Positions 1-15,163 of a DNA stretch of 64,000 nucleotides are shown one piece after another. This stretch comes from the human T2T-CHM13v2.0 reference genome, Homo sapiens. How positions within the stretch are numbered: the stretch's first letter is position 1; each line of letters begins with the position of its first letter. Location: the NCBI RefSeq assembly GCF_009914755.1, contig NC_060937.1. One strand, 5' to 3'. The translations under genes were made by a program, and so were the position numbers. Below the pieces are notes generated by a model, which was not told the DNA's origin, searched no databases, and worked only from the letters and a program-made list of their open reading frames with translations.

Positions 1-29
1 TTCAGGCATGAGCCACCACTCCCGACTAT

Positions 30-186
30 CTCTTCTTCTAAGAACGTGAATCCTATTGGATCAGGGCGGCATCGTTACGACCTCATTTAACCTTAATTGC
101 TGTATTTCCTTACTTTAACCGTGGCCACACACAGGGTTAGGACTTCGACCTGTAAATTTGGATGGGGCACAGTTTAGTCCATAGCA
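30..186 (-). mobile_element. MaLR MLT1-type LTR fragment
   Basis: gacctcatttaaccttaatt...gggttaggacttc...ggggcacagtttagtccatagca terminus typical of MLT1A-group LTRs. Confidence 0.7.
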
Positions 187-558
187 GTGTCAAAGCTGCC
201 ATCTCACTTAATCAGGGAAGATGTGACCAAGGATGAGAGCCACAGGCTGCCCTGAGGCACCCTGGCATCTCCCTGGTAGAAGTGGCCATTGCTTTCCAGG
301 GCTGCCGCACTTTCTCCATTTGACCTTGCATGGCGCCAGGTTGGGAGGGAGAGCTGGTTGCCCAGACTGCCACCACCCCACCCAGCAGTCTGCCTTCTCT
401 TTGATGTCTTTTGCTGTCTGCCCTGTCTCTCTGGAGCTCCTGGCCCCTCCCTCCTGTTGTAGGCAGTAGGCAATGGGGCTGCCCTCACTTGTCTGTGTGC
501 CTGGTGGCGTTTGTATCTTTCTGGAAAGTATGCGTGTTTCATTTATGCATCTGTGTGA

Positions 559-934
<376 letters not shown>

Positions 935-1013
935 TGAAACTTTGTTTTTAAATAGTAAAATACTTGGAAGGGAATAATATAATTTATTACAGAAAATAAA
1001 GAATCAGTTCGTC

Positions 1014-1308
<295 letters not shown>

Positions 1309-3529
1309 TCACAGCCTCCATTTATCTCTCTTCTTCCCCTTCATAAATGTATATGAAATATAAACCCACAGTAGAGCATGTGGATTCTTATTTTGTCAGG
1401 ATCAAATTGTTTTTATTTTCCTCAAATAACTTGGTATAATCTGCCATTCTAGTAGATTTATAGCAAAACCAAGTCCAGTCTTTATCTTTGAAATCTGGAT
1501 ACCTACAGTTGCTGGGGGAAAAAAACAACAGACTTTTTTTTTTCTTGAAAATAAGTTGGAAAAAAAGTTAAAAGTGTGTTTCTGAATTAGGTATTACTTC
1601 TTCGGTTATAAATGAAGAACAACCTTGAGGTAACTTAAGCAGAAAAAGGAAATTGATCCTCACATTATGGGGGTGTCTGAAACACCCGGGGTGGAATGTA
1701 GCTGAGGATGGTGAGGTTACGTGAGCCAGGCCTGTGTGGTCAGACACCCTGTCTGTTTTCCTCCCGGGCTAGCTCTTCGGTGCCTGCCGTCTTCCCTTCA
1801 TCTGCAGACCTGCATGCTTAGTGTCTCCAGGCCTCTTGGAAGATGCCCATTCTCATACGTGGGCCTGGAGTCAAGGCTCACAAGGAGAGAGAAAATTATT
1901 TTATCAGTTGTAGTTCCAGGTTCCTGAAAAGGTACCTGATCGGCCCAGGTGTGCTCAGGACTCCCTCTGTCCCTGCCCCCTACTCTCCGTACAATCTGGA
2001 TGTGCGTGTCTTGCTGCCAGGTATTCGTACTATTATAGTTTTACCCAGTTTGCCCGTCACCACTTGGGAATAACACCTGTGCCTGTCCTCACCTATGTGA
2101 AGCTGTAGTTTCAAAATCATCTTTGGATGACTAGAATGAACTAGAACCAAGAACAGGTACTCACTTCTCCTTTAACCTCTTTATCCCTAGCAGCAGATAA
2201 CATAACACCTCATGGAGATACTAAGGTGGTTTCTTAAGTCAGATAAGAATGAACAGATTTAACTTGCTTTTTTGGTATCCATGGACACCTTAGACTGTTA
2301 GAAAACTCTCAGGATTTGTTGGAATTTAAATTGTAAACAAAACTGTTTTAAAGCATTTATTCTGAACACCTCCAACAATGGTATCTTCAACAGTGATCTT
2401 CAAACTGGATACCATTCTTATCTTCTTTTCCAAAAAGCCTCCCAAAGGTTGGGCCCTGTGGGTTGATATGAGCTGCCAGACGAGATCCGGTTTAGATAGA
2501 CACAGTTAGACAATTGCTGTTGTTGGCATGTTCAGGATTAGAGCCCTATCTCCTCCGAGTCACTCAGAAGGCCCGGAAATCTAAATGTAAAACTGGAGCT
2601 GTTGTTCACTCCCCGAGAGACACCTCCAGTTTGAGAAGGTGCAGGTGACCCTCGCAGGTGCCTTTCAATGTCTGTGACTCACGAACTGGGAGTCTTTGGG
2701 TTATGGAAGAAGAACGTGATGGTAACTTGTCATCACCACCTTTGACGTTGTTTGAAGCTATGATGTGTGAGTGTCCCCATGGCTGTTGGTCTTATTCAGC
2801 CATTGGATTCAGACAAACCCTCCAGGACTCTTGGTCTTTCCAGAAGAGCTGAGCTGTCACCACTGACCTTGTGGAATGGAGGATCCCACTCTCTCTTTTC
2901 GCTTGTATCCCCTGTGACCTGAAACTGAGGATCCCATTTGTTTCTGTGGAGTCGTGGAGAAACTCAGCCGGATCATCTCATGGCCAATGAGTTAACTTGT
3001 TGAAAGTCTTGAGTCCAGGCTTGACTAAAGCACACTTGAGTTACATATCAAAGCGTGAAGTTAAACCCACGCTTAGACAAATGGTTGTGTCTGAAAAAGG
3101 TTCTGAGAATTGAAAACAGCTTCAGGGAAAGGACAAAAATCACCATCTGATTATCCAGGGTTGTGGTATGTCATGCTCTTTAAGTGACAGATAGACTGCT
3201 AGATTTATGGCCAAAGTAGCAATACCAGAAGACATTCCAGGGGGATGATGACCTGATGCCATTGCAGAAAAGAAACACTTTAATATGGAGGCAGAGACAG
3301 AAGGCTCTGTGACAAATTACCTGTGCGTGCTAAACGGGTGCTTCTTCTGTGAAATCAGTTAAGGGAAGCCTCTTGGCCTCATATGACTTTTGTATTTTAG
3401 CTACTTAGTCATTAAAAGAAAACCATAGCTCTTTGAGCATTGTTATTTGGAAATTTTATGGAATAGAAAAATGTTTGATAATATTAATCATCTGAGAGAA
3501 TTTGATGTCACCACCTTCCAGCCTGGGCT

Positions 3530-3995
<466 letters not shown>

Positions 3996-6900
3996 TGTGC
4001 CTGGCATAGGACTTAGGAGAGAGTCAGCACCACCTGAAAGGCACTCCAGGAAAAATACTGGCAATGTGAAGGATTGTTAGTGACATGATGCCACTTCCAG
4101 GGTGAACACCAGCCTAGCTCCAGCCCAAATCCACATGCTTCTGGGAGCACTGGGATTTGGACTGCAGTTCATCTTGCTTGCAAGAGCCACCATGCTGCAC
4201 CATCATCCCTCTCACTTGTCAGTGCTCCTTAGCCGTCAGTGCTCCTTAGCCGAGTACAGTTCTGACTGCCATGCGACCAAGACCCGGAGCTTACATGCTC
4301 CTTATTGGAAACAGAAGGAAAACTCTTGTGTGATAGGAAGAAGGCACTGAGTAGAGGCTGTTCCCCGGGAATTATCCAAGAATCACAGCTCAGCCGAGGA
4401 CTTTCTGGTACTGTGCATTTCAGATTTTAAATTTCACGGTTATAATAACCATCTTGCACAAAGGCAGCCGAAACCCAACCAACTGAAAACACGGGCACAC
4501 ACATACCGTATATACCACGCATACATGCATGTCAGCCACACACAGATGATTTGCCTAGAAATTTGTTTCTCCAGACCTTTTGGCAGAATAGCTATTTGTC
4601 ATGGGAGAGGGAGGAAAATATTTGCATTCGTAATAGGAAGAGTTTATGGTTGTGAATAAGCTCATGTTTGAAAAAACAGTAATATTAGATATATGGTTGC
4701 TGGCACTACACAATTGCAGGATGTAATAGTGGCTACTAACATTAAACATTACTTAAAATTACATGCATTATAGAAATGGGGATATTTATCTCATGTTTAA
4801 TGATCCGTGGTGAAAGGATTTGTTGCTTACAATCCTTAAAATGATCAATATATTATTTTAACACTTTTAAAAGGGAGTTGGTTTTTTGGTTGTGAGTTAG
4901 GAGCAGTTGTCATGCACATATTTTATAATAAAATTTTAGATTTGTTGCCACAGTTTCATTAATATATTTAAGCAGGTGTGCCCAGGTAGTGGAATCAGAA
5001 AGGCAACTCGATTTTATTTAAAATATGGTTCAAGTGGTCTCTGTAATGAGAAATTCACATGGCTTTTTTTTTTTTTTCTAATGAGTTTCCTGCTGGCTTC
5101 GGAGATGTGGTTGTTTACAGTAGAAGTATTTTTTTTTTCCATTTGAGGCTTCCATTATTATTATAAGATCAATAATAAATACACTGAATTTATGTCTGTT
5201 AAATATTTTTAGCCTGCTCCTAACACATGAAAATATTACATACCTGTTTTGATCTATTTGTATTCTGTTCCTTCCAAGTTTTTCTATTTTAAAGGAAAAT
5301 TCTTGAAGGCCACCTTTTAAGGTTTCTCTAATTGGCACATCTCTGGTCATTAACTTTTTACTTTTAAAGGAGAGCAGAAAGACAGATTGTAAAAACAAAA
5401 AGTAGATATCTAGTTTATTTTGCTACTTGATAAGAAAAAAATCTCCAATTCTTGCATACTATTTGCAGTTAACTTTATTCAGCCTTTAGAGGAAAATGTC
5501 TCTTCCTTTCCAGAATTCAAGCCCCATAATTTTGTCTTCCTGTTGAGTGTCAACAATTTTTTTAAAGCCTATATGAGGAAGCTAACTTCCGAGCAATTAA
5601 GTACTCAAGAACCAGAATTGAATTTAGTCATTTTTATATTTATAACTAATACACATTTTGAGTTTCATCACAACTTGAACTATGTCTGAGGAGTTGCACA
5701 TGAAGGATTTTATTACTTGATTAATATATTAAATGCACTAGGAAAATTTCCTCGTAAAGTTTCATTAAAGAGTTAAGATAGTCCTTTATTTCATGCGTAC
5801 ATTGAAGTTATGTATAATGGTGGCTGTGAAATGTTTTCTAAATTTCAGGTGGCTCTTGATTTTCTTTGTGTTTTCATTTGTGGCTTGGAAAGAAAAACAA
5901 AGGTCAAGTTACTCTCATCCTTTATCACCCAGTGTTTCATGAAGGAAGCCTCATTTTCATGAGGAAATCTTGGCGTGTCTACTCCAGCTTGTGTATTTTG
6001 GCAGTATGGAAAAGCGAAACACGGTTCCTGCTGCGCCCACTGCTTTTTGTGTAAGATCTATTTTGTATTGGGTAACCTTGGCATTCAGTGTTTTCACATT
6101 TAATTCGTAACTGTCTGCAAGTTGTTATGAAGCTGAAATTGATGATCCATCAGTTCAGTCTAAAGAGCGTGTTGGAATCATGATTTGATATTTTCTGGAA
6201 AGAGTTTACTTTTTGAAAGGATGCCCTTAGCTCTTTTTCTAATGTCTTCAGAAGAAAAAAAATGGTTTACTATTTTCAGAAAAAAAAGGCGATGTACTCA
6301 CTGGTCTATTTTCTGTGATCAAAATGTGTTGACCACCTACCCCTGGTGTGTGTTTCTGAGCGTCCTTGGCAGCCTCTGCCTTCACAACCATTCTCTTTTC
6401 AAATTCCTCTCCTTTTCCCTTTCCCGTTTGTGCTAGTAAAGACTCTTGGAAGCATCAGGCCCTGATGAGCTGAAGCCCCCATTCCAGGGGTCTTTGGCTG
6501 CTGCATTTCTGACTTGAGCCACACAGCGAAGACCTTCTGACCTATGGCTTCTGACCTATTGGCCTTCATGGCCCATGGCTGCCTTCCGAACTATTATTTA
6601 TGGTGGGCATTGAGGGATTCTGTTTGTTGGCCATGCCTTAATGCTCTGTTTTTTGAGGCCTTAACACAGTAGTTGAAATTTCTTGGCCAAATTGGATAGA
6701 GAATGTGAAATAGATACTGTAGAAGCACTTCAGAACACTCTGTCATGAACTATGGGATAATAATGAAGACTTCCCAGACTGACTGGTAAGTAGTCCGTAA
6801 GGAAGACTTGTGGAAATAAACCCTGAAAAATATGGTTTATGCATTTGATGTTGGAATAGAAGAAATTATTTTGTTTCTATGTTTCAACAGCCTATCTTTC

Positions 6901-7984
6901 CATGAGTATTGAAAACAGTGCTTCTATTTTTTACATTATTGGATTCATCTTTACACTCAAGTGATTACTAACTTGGTTAATAAAACTGTTGTGTTTTCCT
7001 TTTCTTTTTTTGTCTTTGTCACGGCTCTCTATCTCATATGTTCTGTTTCTGGTACTCTATCATCTGTACGACACTGCTGAAAGTGAAGGCTCCCACCTGA
7101 CGCCCCAGCTTGCTGATTAAATTTAGGTTAGGCTGATGATTTAAGGAGTAAACCATCTCACCAGCACTGTTCCAGTTCTTCACTGGTGAACCAATGGTAA
7201 TGTCTGGGTTGAGAGTTACAAACTGAAATCCAGGAGAAATGCTGATCTTCCCTGTCTTGCTAATCTACCTTGTACTGGAACCCAGAATCAGGTTCCTAAA
7301 TTCTAGATTACACAGCCGTGACAGAAGGCATTGAGAAATCAGAGAGGCACATACTTCTCCAACACATACTCAGGTTTCCTCAAGAATATTTGTCATAATA
7401 TTTGTAGCTTGTCCAGTTTGATCTGCATGGAGTTGTCATAAGAAAGTCTTTGTGGCTGAGGATTTGGTAAAATGCAGCATGCTGGTGAGAGTTATATCTC
7501 TTGTTTAAAACAAAACAAAACCTGAAACAACCAGGGCCTGAAAGCCGCACTGTGTTCCCAAGACTCCGCAACAGCCACAGGGCATTTTAGCAGAGAAAAC
7601 AAAGCTTGTTTTATAGCTTCTCTTCATAGGTCTCCCTGACAGGCTTAGAGGGACATTGAGTGAAAATGGAGCTGTTAATGATATAATAAATGCTTCTGAA
7701 ATTTTTCTATTGGGCAATCCCTCAATAGCTGACTGCTTTGAAAAATGAATGAAAATCAAACATAAAGACACAAATGGCTTCGTCTGCTTGGTAATGAATA
7801 AACATATGCAAAAGGACAATCAGTTGCAGGTGTGTTGCCTGTCTATAGTGTTTTGTTTCTGCTTTTGTGTTTGTCTTCCAAGCAATTAATAAACCAGCCT
7901 GGCCTATAATATCGTTCTGGAAACATTCTTTTTCACAGGCTCAGACTTGGAGATTTAGCCTTAATGCTTTCTTTTCTTGTTTTA

Positions 7985-8190
7985 GTTAAAAAAACCCACC
8001 TACATAAAATTTACCACCTTCATCGTTTTTAAGCATACAGTTCAGTAGCTTTTCGTATTTTCACATTGCTGTGAAACAGAGGTCCAGAACTTTTTCATCC
8101 TGCAATCTGAAACCCTATTCCCACTCAACAACTTCCCATTTCCCCCTCCCTTGGCCCCTGGTAAGCACCATTTTGTTTTCTGTTTCTGCG
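7985..8190 (-). mobile_element. Old L1M 3' fragment
   Basis: cataaaatttacc...catacagttcagt...ccagaactttttcatc...aaccctattcc motif of L1MC/ME 3' ends. Confidence 0.75.
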
Positions 8191-9302
8191 AATCTGTTGC
8201 CTGATTTCTTTTCCACACGTGCTGGTTCCTGCATCTCCTCTCCTGATTCACTACAATTGGGACTAATCATGCCTTTCAGGAGGAGAGAACAATATGTAAT
8301 TTTCACAGTGGTTTTTATAAAATAGAGTACCTGGTACGTGCCCACTAGGATATGCAGCTCCAATAAACTTTTCTGTTGGCATAATTCTTTAGAATATGTT
8401 AAAGTCATCTCACGTAGTTGAGGAGTTAGATGGTGAAGGCAGATCTAAGCTTTTAAAACTAGATCATTTTGCTGCCTGTGTCAGCTAGAATTGAGTCTCA
8501 ACTGTCCAATTCCTAGGCAAACCTCTGAACTCATCTTCTTTTAGGGCATGTATAATTTTTGACAGATGACAGATCTGTTTTAAAAATGTGCTTATTGTCC
8601 TTTGGTATTTTAATTTGATTTGTTTTGAGCACTCATGTTATTGTTTATAAATGTGGGCCAAATGCATTTAATGAGTACACGCAATTGGTAGAATACTGTC
8701 GCTCTGAATAACCTTAACTCTCTATGGAAGGAGACACACTCCATTTTCATTTGTGTAAATTCTTTGCTGTAGGTCACCACTGTAGATTCACATTTCGAAT
8801 GCTGTCAAATCATAGAAGTATTAAAAAATATTTGTTTTTAAAGATGGCTCTTATTGCTTGCATTGCTTTTTCAGAAACCTCTCTCTGTTTTCCAATACGG
8901 CTTTTATGTCAGTGCTGGTATTAGGTCACTGTAGGCTGCCCATGTCACTAAATTTAGTTTATAATTTCACAGGATTTTTTTTAAAATGTGTCATCGAAAC
9001 CCATGTTTCTTAGTATATATCTTACATTTGCCTTCAATTTTCAAACAGCTAACTTTTGCAGTGATGATACCTACATAAAAGGGAATTATCATTAAAACGG
9101 TGCTTGTTAGGATGGTTTACTTTAAGATAAGGCTTCATAACAAGGGACTTAAACTGAGCAAAAAACTCAAAACCAGTGTGAGTTAACAATGGAATGTGCT
9201 AAATCTCAGGCTTCCTTCTCTTGGCCAGATTTTAAAACAATCACATTGAGAGCAACAAAGTTAACTGGTGAGCCAGTTTAAAGGGAACTGAAGTTTCTGA
9301 TA

Positions 9303-9409
9303 AAGTCTTTCCCTCTTGTCCATGGGGGATACATTCCAAGACCCCAGTGGATGCCTGAAGCCATGGATAGTACCAGACCTGATTGCTGTCACTCTGGACA
9401 CGTTTCTGT
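9303..9409 (-). mobile_element. MER44/Tigger7 DNA transposon, left piece
   Basis: ccatgggggatacattccaagaccccagtggatgcctgaa terminal region; continues at ~10080. Confidence 0.8.
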
Positions 9410-10078
9410 TGTCAGCTGAAGGATGAGACAGTTTGTAAATTTGGAAAGGAGCTTTTTGTTTCTCATAAAGGGTCGCAGCCTGCAAAGCGGGCATTCTGAC
9501 AGGCTAGGAAGCATAGCTTCTGGTCAGAAGCCAGAAACAGACACTTCAGAGGGGAAGAATAAGACAACAATTTATGCTGAATGGGGTGGGTAATAGGCAT
9601 ATTCAATAGCTATGGGGGAGTCATGAATATTCATGAAACGAGAACCATGCGCACGCGATTGAGATTCACGGTCCCATGTTCAAAACATGGCAGTGTTAGC
9701 ATGATCCAAGGGCAGAGTTTTCTGGACTCTAATGTGTTAAGCTGAAGCTGAGGACACGCAGGCCCTCACTGCACAGCCCCCACAGGCTGGTGGAATGCTG
9801 GTTTGTTGTTTCATTGACATCACAAAAGGGAGGGGTGGTGTCAGTCTGTTGGTTAAGTCCTAGGTGGAATCTTTGGAAAGAACTGGCTTTTGTTCAGCCC
9901 TTAGGGAAGAAAGCCTGTGGCCTTTAGCAAGCAAGGATGGGGGTGTAACCAGGCTCATCAGACCTCCCATCCCCTCACAGCCACAGACCCAGCTTTAAGG
10001 TTACTCTGGGGTCCCCTTGGCCAAGAGGAGGGTCTGTTCTGTGGGTTGAGAGCCTTAGGATTTTATTTTTCTTTCTTC
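9410..10078 (-). mobile_element. ERV1 MER4-group solo LTR
   Basis: Reverse complement starts gaaagaaaaataaaatcctaagg...ctcttggccaaggggaccccagag, a MER4-group LTR signature; splits the MER44 element. Confidence 0.75.
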
Positions 10079-10674
10079 TTGTTCATGCCTTCAACAAGTA
10101 TAAAGCCCTTTCCATCTTAACTAAGCACTTATCACACACTGTGGCTGTAACTTCTGCAGCTTGAGGTGCGATGGCGAAAGTATTATTAATTTCTTTTTCC
10201 TTCTTCACAGTTTCCCAGACGGAAGATTATTCTTACTGCAGATCTTAGCAACCTCAGCACATGACTCTTTTTCTTTCCTCATTAAGTCAAGAACCTTTGG
10301 CCTTTTCACTTAAAAGAAGCACTCTAAGGCTTCGCTTTGACATACCCCAGTTGCCAGCATCACTACTGTTTGGGACCATTAGGAAGTAAATTCAGGGAGA
10401 CTTGAACACAAGCACTGCTTATCTCGAAAGCTGATCTGCTCACCGAGGTGGCCCTTGAGCACGGACAGCCTGGATCTGCTGGGTAAAGGGAGAAGTTATG
10501 TCCAGGGTGGGACAGAGAGGACGGCGAGAGATTTCCTCACTACTCAGAACAGCGGGAAATTCAAAACTTAGGGATTATTTCTGAAATTTTCCATTTAAAA
10601 TTTTCTATTTAAAATTGACGAAGGGTAACTGAAACCAGAGAAAGCAAGACTGACGATAAGGGAGGGGCCTCCTG
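10079..10674 (-). mobile_element. MER44/Tigger7 DNA transposon, right piece with decayed 5' part of the transposase
   Basis: ttccatcttaactaagcacttatcac...gatcttagcaacctcagc...gtaactgaaacc...gataaggg terminus followed by TA. Confidence 0.85.
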
Positions 10675-10978
10675 TACTCCAAGAGCACTGAATCTGGAAA
10701 AACTCAACACATCGATGGAGTCATATATTTAATTTTTTCTTAAAAGCCGCCTGCGGGGTATTGTAGAAACGCTGCGCTGCCTATCACAGCTTGTGATGTG
10801 ACACGTTCATTCTGCAAGTTTAAACTTCGCCTAGGTGTTTCTTTTCCTGTGTGACCGTCACATGACTAGTTTTGTTGTGCATTGTTGTAGAAGTTAACAT
10901 GTTTCCCTATCGAAAGAATGTCATCTTCTATTTTCTCTGTTTCTTTTAAGCTTTTTTCATATAGTTGGCCTTTTGTTA

Positions 10979-11365
<387 letters not shown>

Positions 11366-11449
11366 TTAGACTCTTGACCCCAGCTTATAGTTGTTTTTGT
11401 TAAAGACTGTATTATTATGGTCTCTCCATGGGAATTATGGTTTTAAAAT

Positions 11450-12030
11450 TATTTTATTCATTCAGCAAATCTTTATGAGCATCTACTATGCATCATGCTG
11501 TTCTCGTGAACAAAACAAGATCCATATCCTGAGGGAGTGTGCCTTCCAGTAGAGAAAGGCGGCAGTGTGTAAGGAGCGTTAGAAGAAGATGTTGTCTTTT
11601 GTGTGTAGAAAGTGGTATGTAAAAGTGAAAAATAAAAAGAAATAGAGCAGAATCAGGGATGGAGGTGTGGGGCAAATTGTAATTTTGAATAGGGTAGTCA
11701 GGGTCGGCACTTTTGAAAGCCTGACGTGAGCAAAGCGAAGAAAGAGGTGAGGGAATTAGCCACAAAGATTTCTGGGGACAGAGTGTTCCAGCCTGTGCAA
11801 AGGCCTGGAGGTGGGTGTGTGCCTCGTGTGCTAGAGAACAGCTGGCCTGGCTGGAGAGGAGTGAGCCAGAGGGAGGACATTTGGATATGAGCTCAGGTAG
11901 GTGACAGGGGTGGGGCAGATCACTGGGGACCCTTTTTTCCATTGTGAGGACTGTGGCCTTTACTCTGAGTGAAAAACATTTTGAGTAGGGGAGTGACATG
12001 TCTGATTTAAAGTAGAAGATGATTGTTTCT
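11450..12030 (-). mobile_element. L2 LINE 3' fragment
   Basis: ttcattcagcaaatctttatgagcatctactatg...tgtgcaaaggcctggagg...ttttactctgagtga L2 motifs. Confidence 0.75.
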
Positions 12031-12107
12031 GATAAAGCTGACTTGAGAAGCTATTTGGAAATTGTTTATGTGATAAGTCAGATAGTAATCATAAGTGACA
12101 GAGGTTA

Positions 12108-12470
<363 letters not shown>

Positions 12471-13734
12471 TCATTAAGCTGCGTGGTATCCCAGTTCCTG
12501 AGTGTCATGAGTGTCCACAGATGTATGAGTGTGTATGTGCAGTAGAGTCATTGCAGGAACATTTAGGCATGTGAGGCTCTCTAGGTTTGGGGCCAGAGGA
12601 CATGAGTGCTTAGAAGTTTTCAGGCAAGCCTCATTTCCAGAGTGCCCTTGGAATCACTGCTATCATCAGTTGGAATTAGTTCTTTAATTAAATCCTGGCC
12701 ATCGATCAGCATCCCTTTCTATTGCATTTGACGGAGCTTACAGAATCTGTGTTGTAAACAAAGCAGAAGCATCTTATTTCCCAGAACTGTGGTTTATTAA
12801 CACCTAAGGAAACTGGTTGTCTGATACTCATATTTTTAAAAAATGTGCTTAGTAATTCATAATCTTTTAGTCCTTCTAGACTGTCAGCATTGTTGGATAT
12901 GCTTTATATATACTTTTGTTATATGCTTATTTGTAAGTTTCTTTTTCCTAAATCGAGAATCTATGTGTTCGTATTTTGTCCTACTCTAGCAAGCTTTCAG
13001 TGGGAAGAGACTGCCATCCGTAGTGAACCCATATCATTTTTTGTTTCTTAGTCGTTTCCTCATTTGTGGATCATAGAGACCCCATTTCCCACCTTTTTCC
13101 TCTTCTAGTCAGTGTCTCATTCCCCAGCTGCTCATCAGAAGATAGTGAAATATGAGGGGAAGTTTAAGTTTTATTTTATAGTGATTAAAGTACGGTGAGG
13201 TTTAAAAATACTGAAGGTGGAATTTTCATAGCTACCAAACGTTGAAAATAACACAACATATTTCAACTAAAAATGAAGCAAGGTGGGTAACTGACTTCTT
13301 GAATCCCTGCTGGATGATGGCACTGGTGCTTAGCACTTTATGTATATTTCCTTCATTTAACTCTCACAACCACTCCTTTATCGGACGTCATCATTCCATT
13401 GTTCAGATGGGAAAGCCAGTGTCCAGGCAGGCCAGGAGACCTGCCTGAGCCCCACAGCTAGTAAGTGGCAAGCCAGCTTCAAAGTGTTGACGTGATGAGC
13501 CTAGAACCCCTGCCTTCCCCTATTCTATGCTGTTCCCAAATATCTCCCACAGTTTTGCGCCTAATAGTAATAGCTTCATCTGTTGAAAATGACATCAAAG
13601 TTAGTTTTCCTTCCATCTTTATAATGAAAATACTTTTTATAGTGCTTGACTTTTTCTACCCTCCCCACACCCACCCAGTTTACCAGTCCATTTTGTAGAT
13701 TGTCAGTATTTTCGGATATGCTTTTTTCCCCATT

Positions 13735-13975
13735 TTTTAATTGTGGTAAAATATACGTAACATAACTTTACCATTTTAACCATTCTGAGTGTACAGTTCA
13801 GTGGTATTAAGTATGTTTATGTTGTTGCTCAGCCATCCCCACGTCTCCAGAACTTTTTCATCTTCCCAAACTGAAACTCTGTCCCCATTAAACACTAACT
13901 CCCCACTCCCCTCTCCCCCTCCTCCACCCCCAGCCCTACAACCACCATTCTCCTTTCTGTGTCTGTTGGATATGA
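13735..13975 (-). mobile_element. Old L1M 3' fragment
   Basis: ttaattgtggtaaaatatacgtaacataac...gtacagttcagtggtattaagta...tccagaactttttcatc. Confidence 0.8.
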
Positions 13976-15110
13976 TTGTACTTTTGTTATATACCTGTTT
14001 GTAAAGTTCTTTTCCATATTAATCTGAGCTTTCCAGCTTTTCAAAGGAGAATAAATACCAAGTATCTGGTTAGAACTCTGACCTCTTTGCAGAACACAAA
14101 GCTGGAGCTGAAGCTCACCCCCACCCCCACTCACTCCCGTGGTTAACAGAATATTAAACCTGAAAAGTACATTTTAAAAAAAGAATGAAAAGTAAAAATG
14201 TTTGGGAAGTTTTCTGGAAACTAAAGAGCTAAGAATTCTTAAAGGATCCGGAAAGCTGTGTTTTCATACTTCAGTTTGATGCATGGATTTTCAGTTTAAA
14301 AGCCTTTTGCATAAAAACATTAAAGTCTCCTTCTAAGGGGTAAGAAAATCTTCCCATTCTCCCAACTGACTATTTGAAAAAAATGTTAAAAAAGTAGTTT
14401 CTGTAGAAAGTGTCTGTAAACAGAATAATTTTTCATTCACGTTAAGATCGGTTCTTGGGGAAAAGCTGTGCTTCAGAGACAAGGTTGAAGAACTTCGCCT
14501 GCATATGATGGAAGATGACAATGGGAACCACAGGTGTCATTGGTGGCTTTGTTTTACAAAGTCTTCACCTTTCTGCTGAGTCACGGGACTAAGTTCAACA
14601 CAATTTCTACTTTCCGCCTTCCTTTGGAATAATAGTTTTGGAAGCCAAGTATTAGTATATGATACCAGGTGTGTTTTCTAAAGATTCAGGTTCAGTGGGC
14701 TGAATGCACTTTCATGACTTCATTAGACCACTGAGCCCAAGGAGAAAAGTGCCAATCTTACTAGACATGAGGAAAAAGACACATCTTTTGCTCTTGCTGG
14801 AAGTGGTGTCCTACTTTCTACAAGCAGTCGTCATCTGGTTTATACTTGCCTTGTTCAGTTTTTGTGTGATATTTTATTCTCTGCCTAATAGATATTAAAG
14901 TATCAAGCTGTCAAGATGATTTTTTAATTTAGATAAATTTTAGAATTTTTTATTCATCTACTTCTAAAAGGGTGAAAAGATAATGAATTACTCAAGATCA
15001 GGAGATGACAAACCTAGCACTATGAAGAGCTGGATTCTCCCCTAAATGTTTTTGTTTCTGTTGCTTGCTTCATACCAGGTTTGCAAGAAAGCAGTAGAAA
15101 TCCCCCACAT

Positions 15111-15112
<2 letters not shown>

Positions 15113-15158
<46 letters not shown>
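15113..15158. repeat. (AC)23 microsatellite
   Basis: Direct reading. Confidence 0.97.

Positions 15159-15163
<5 letters not shown>

Noticed and set aside
4023-4043. REST/RE1-like site (tcagcacca)
   Set aside because: Only the left half-site matches; GGACAG is absent. The right-half-only match near 10460 is also incomplete.
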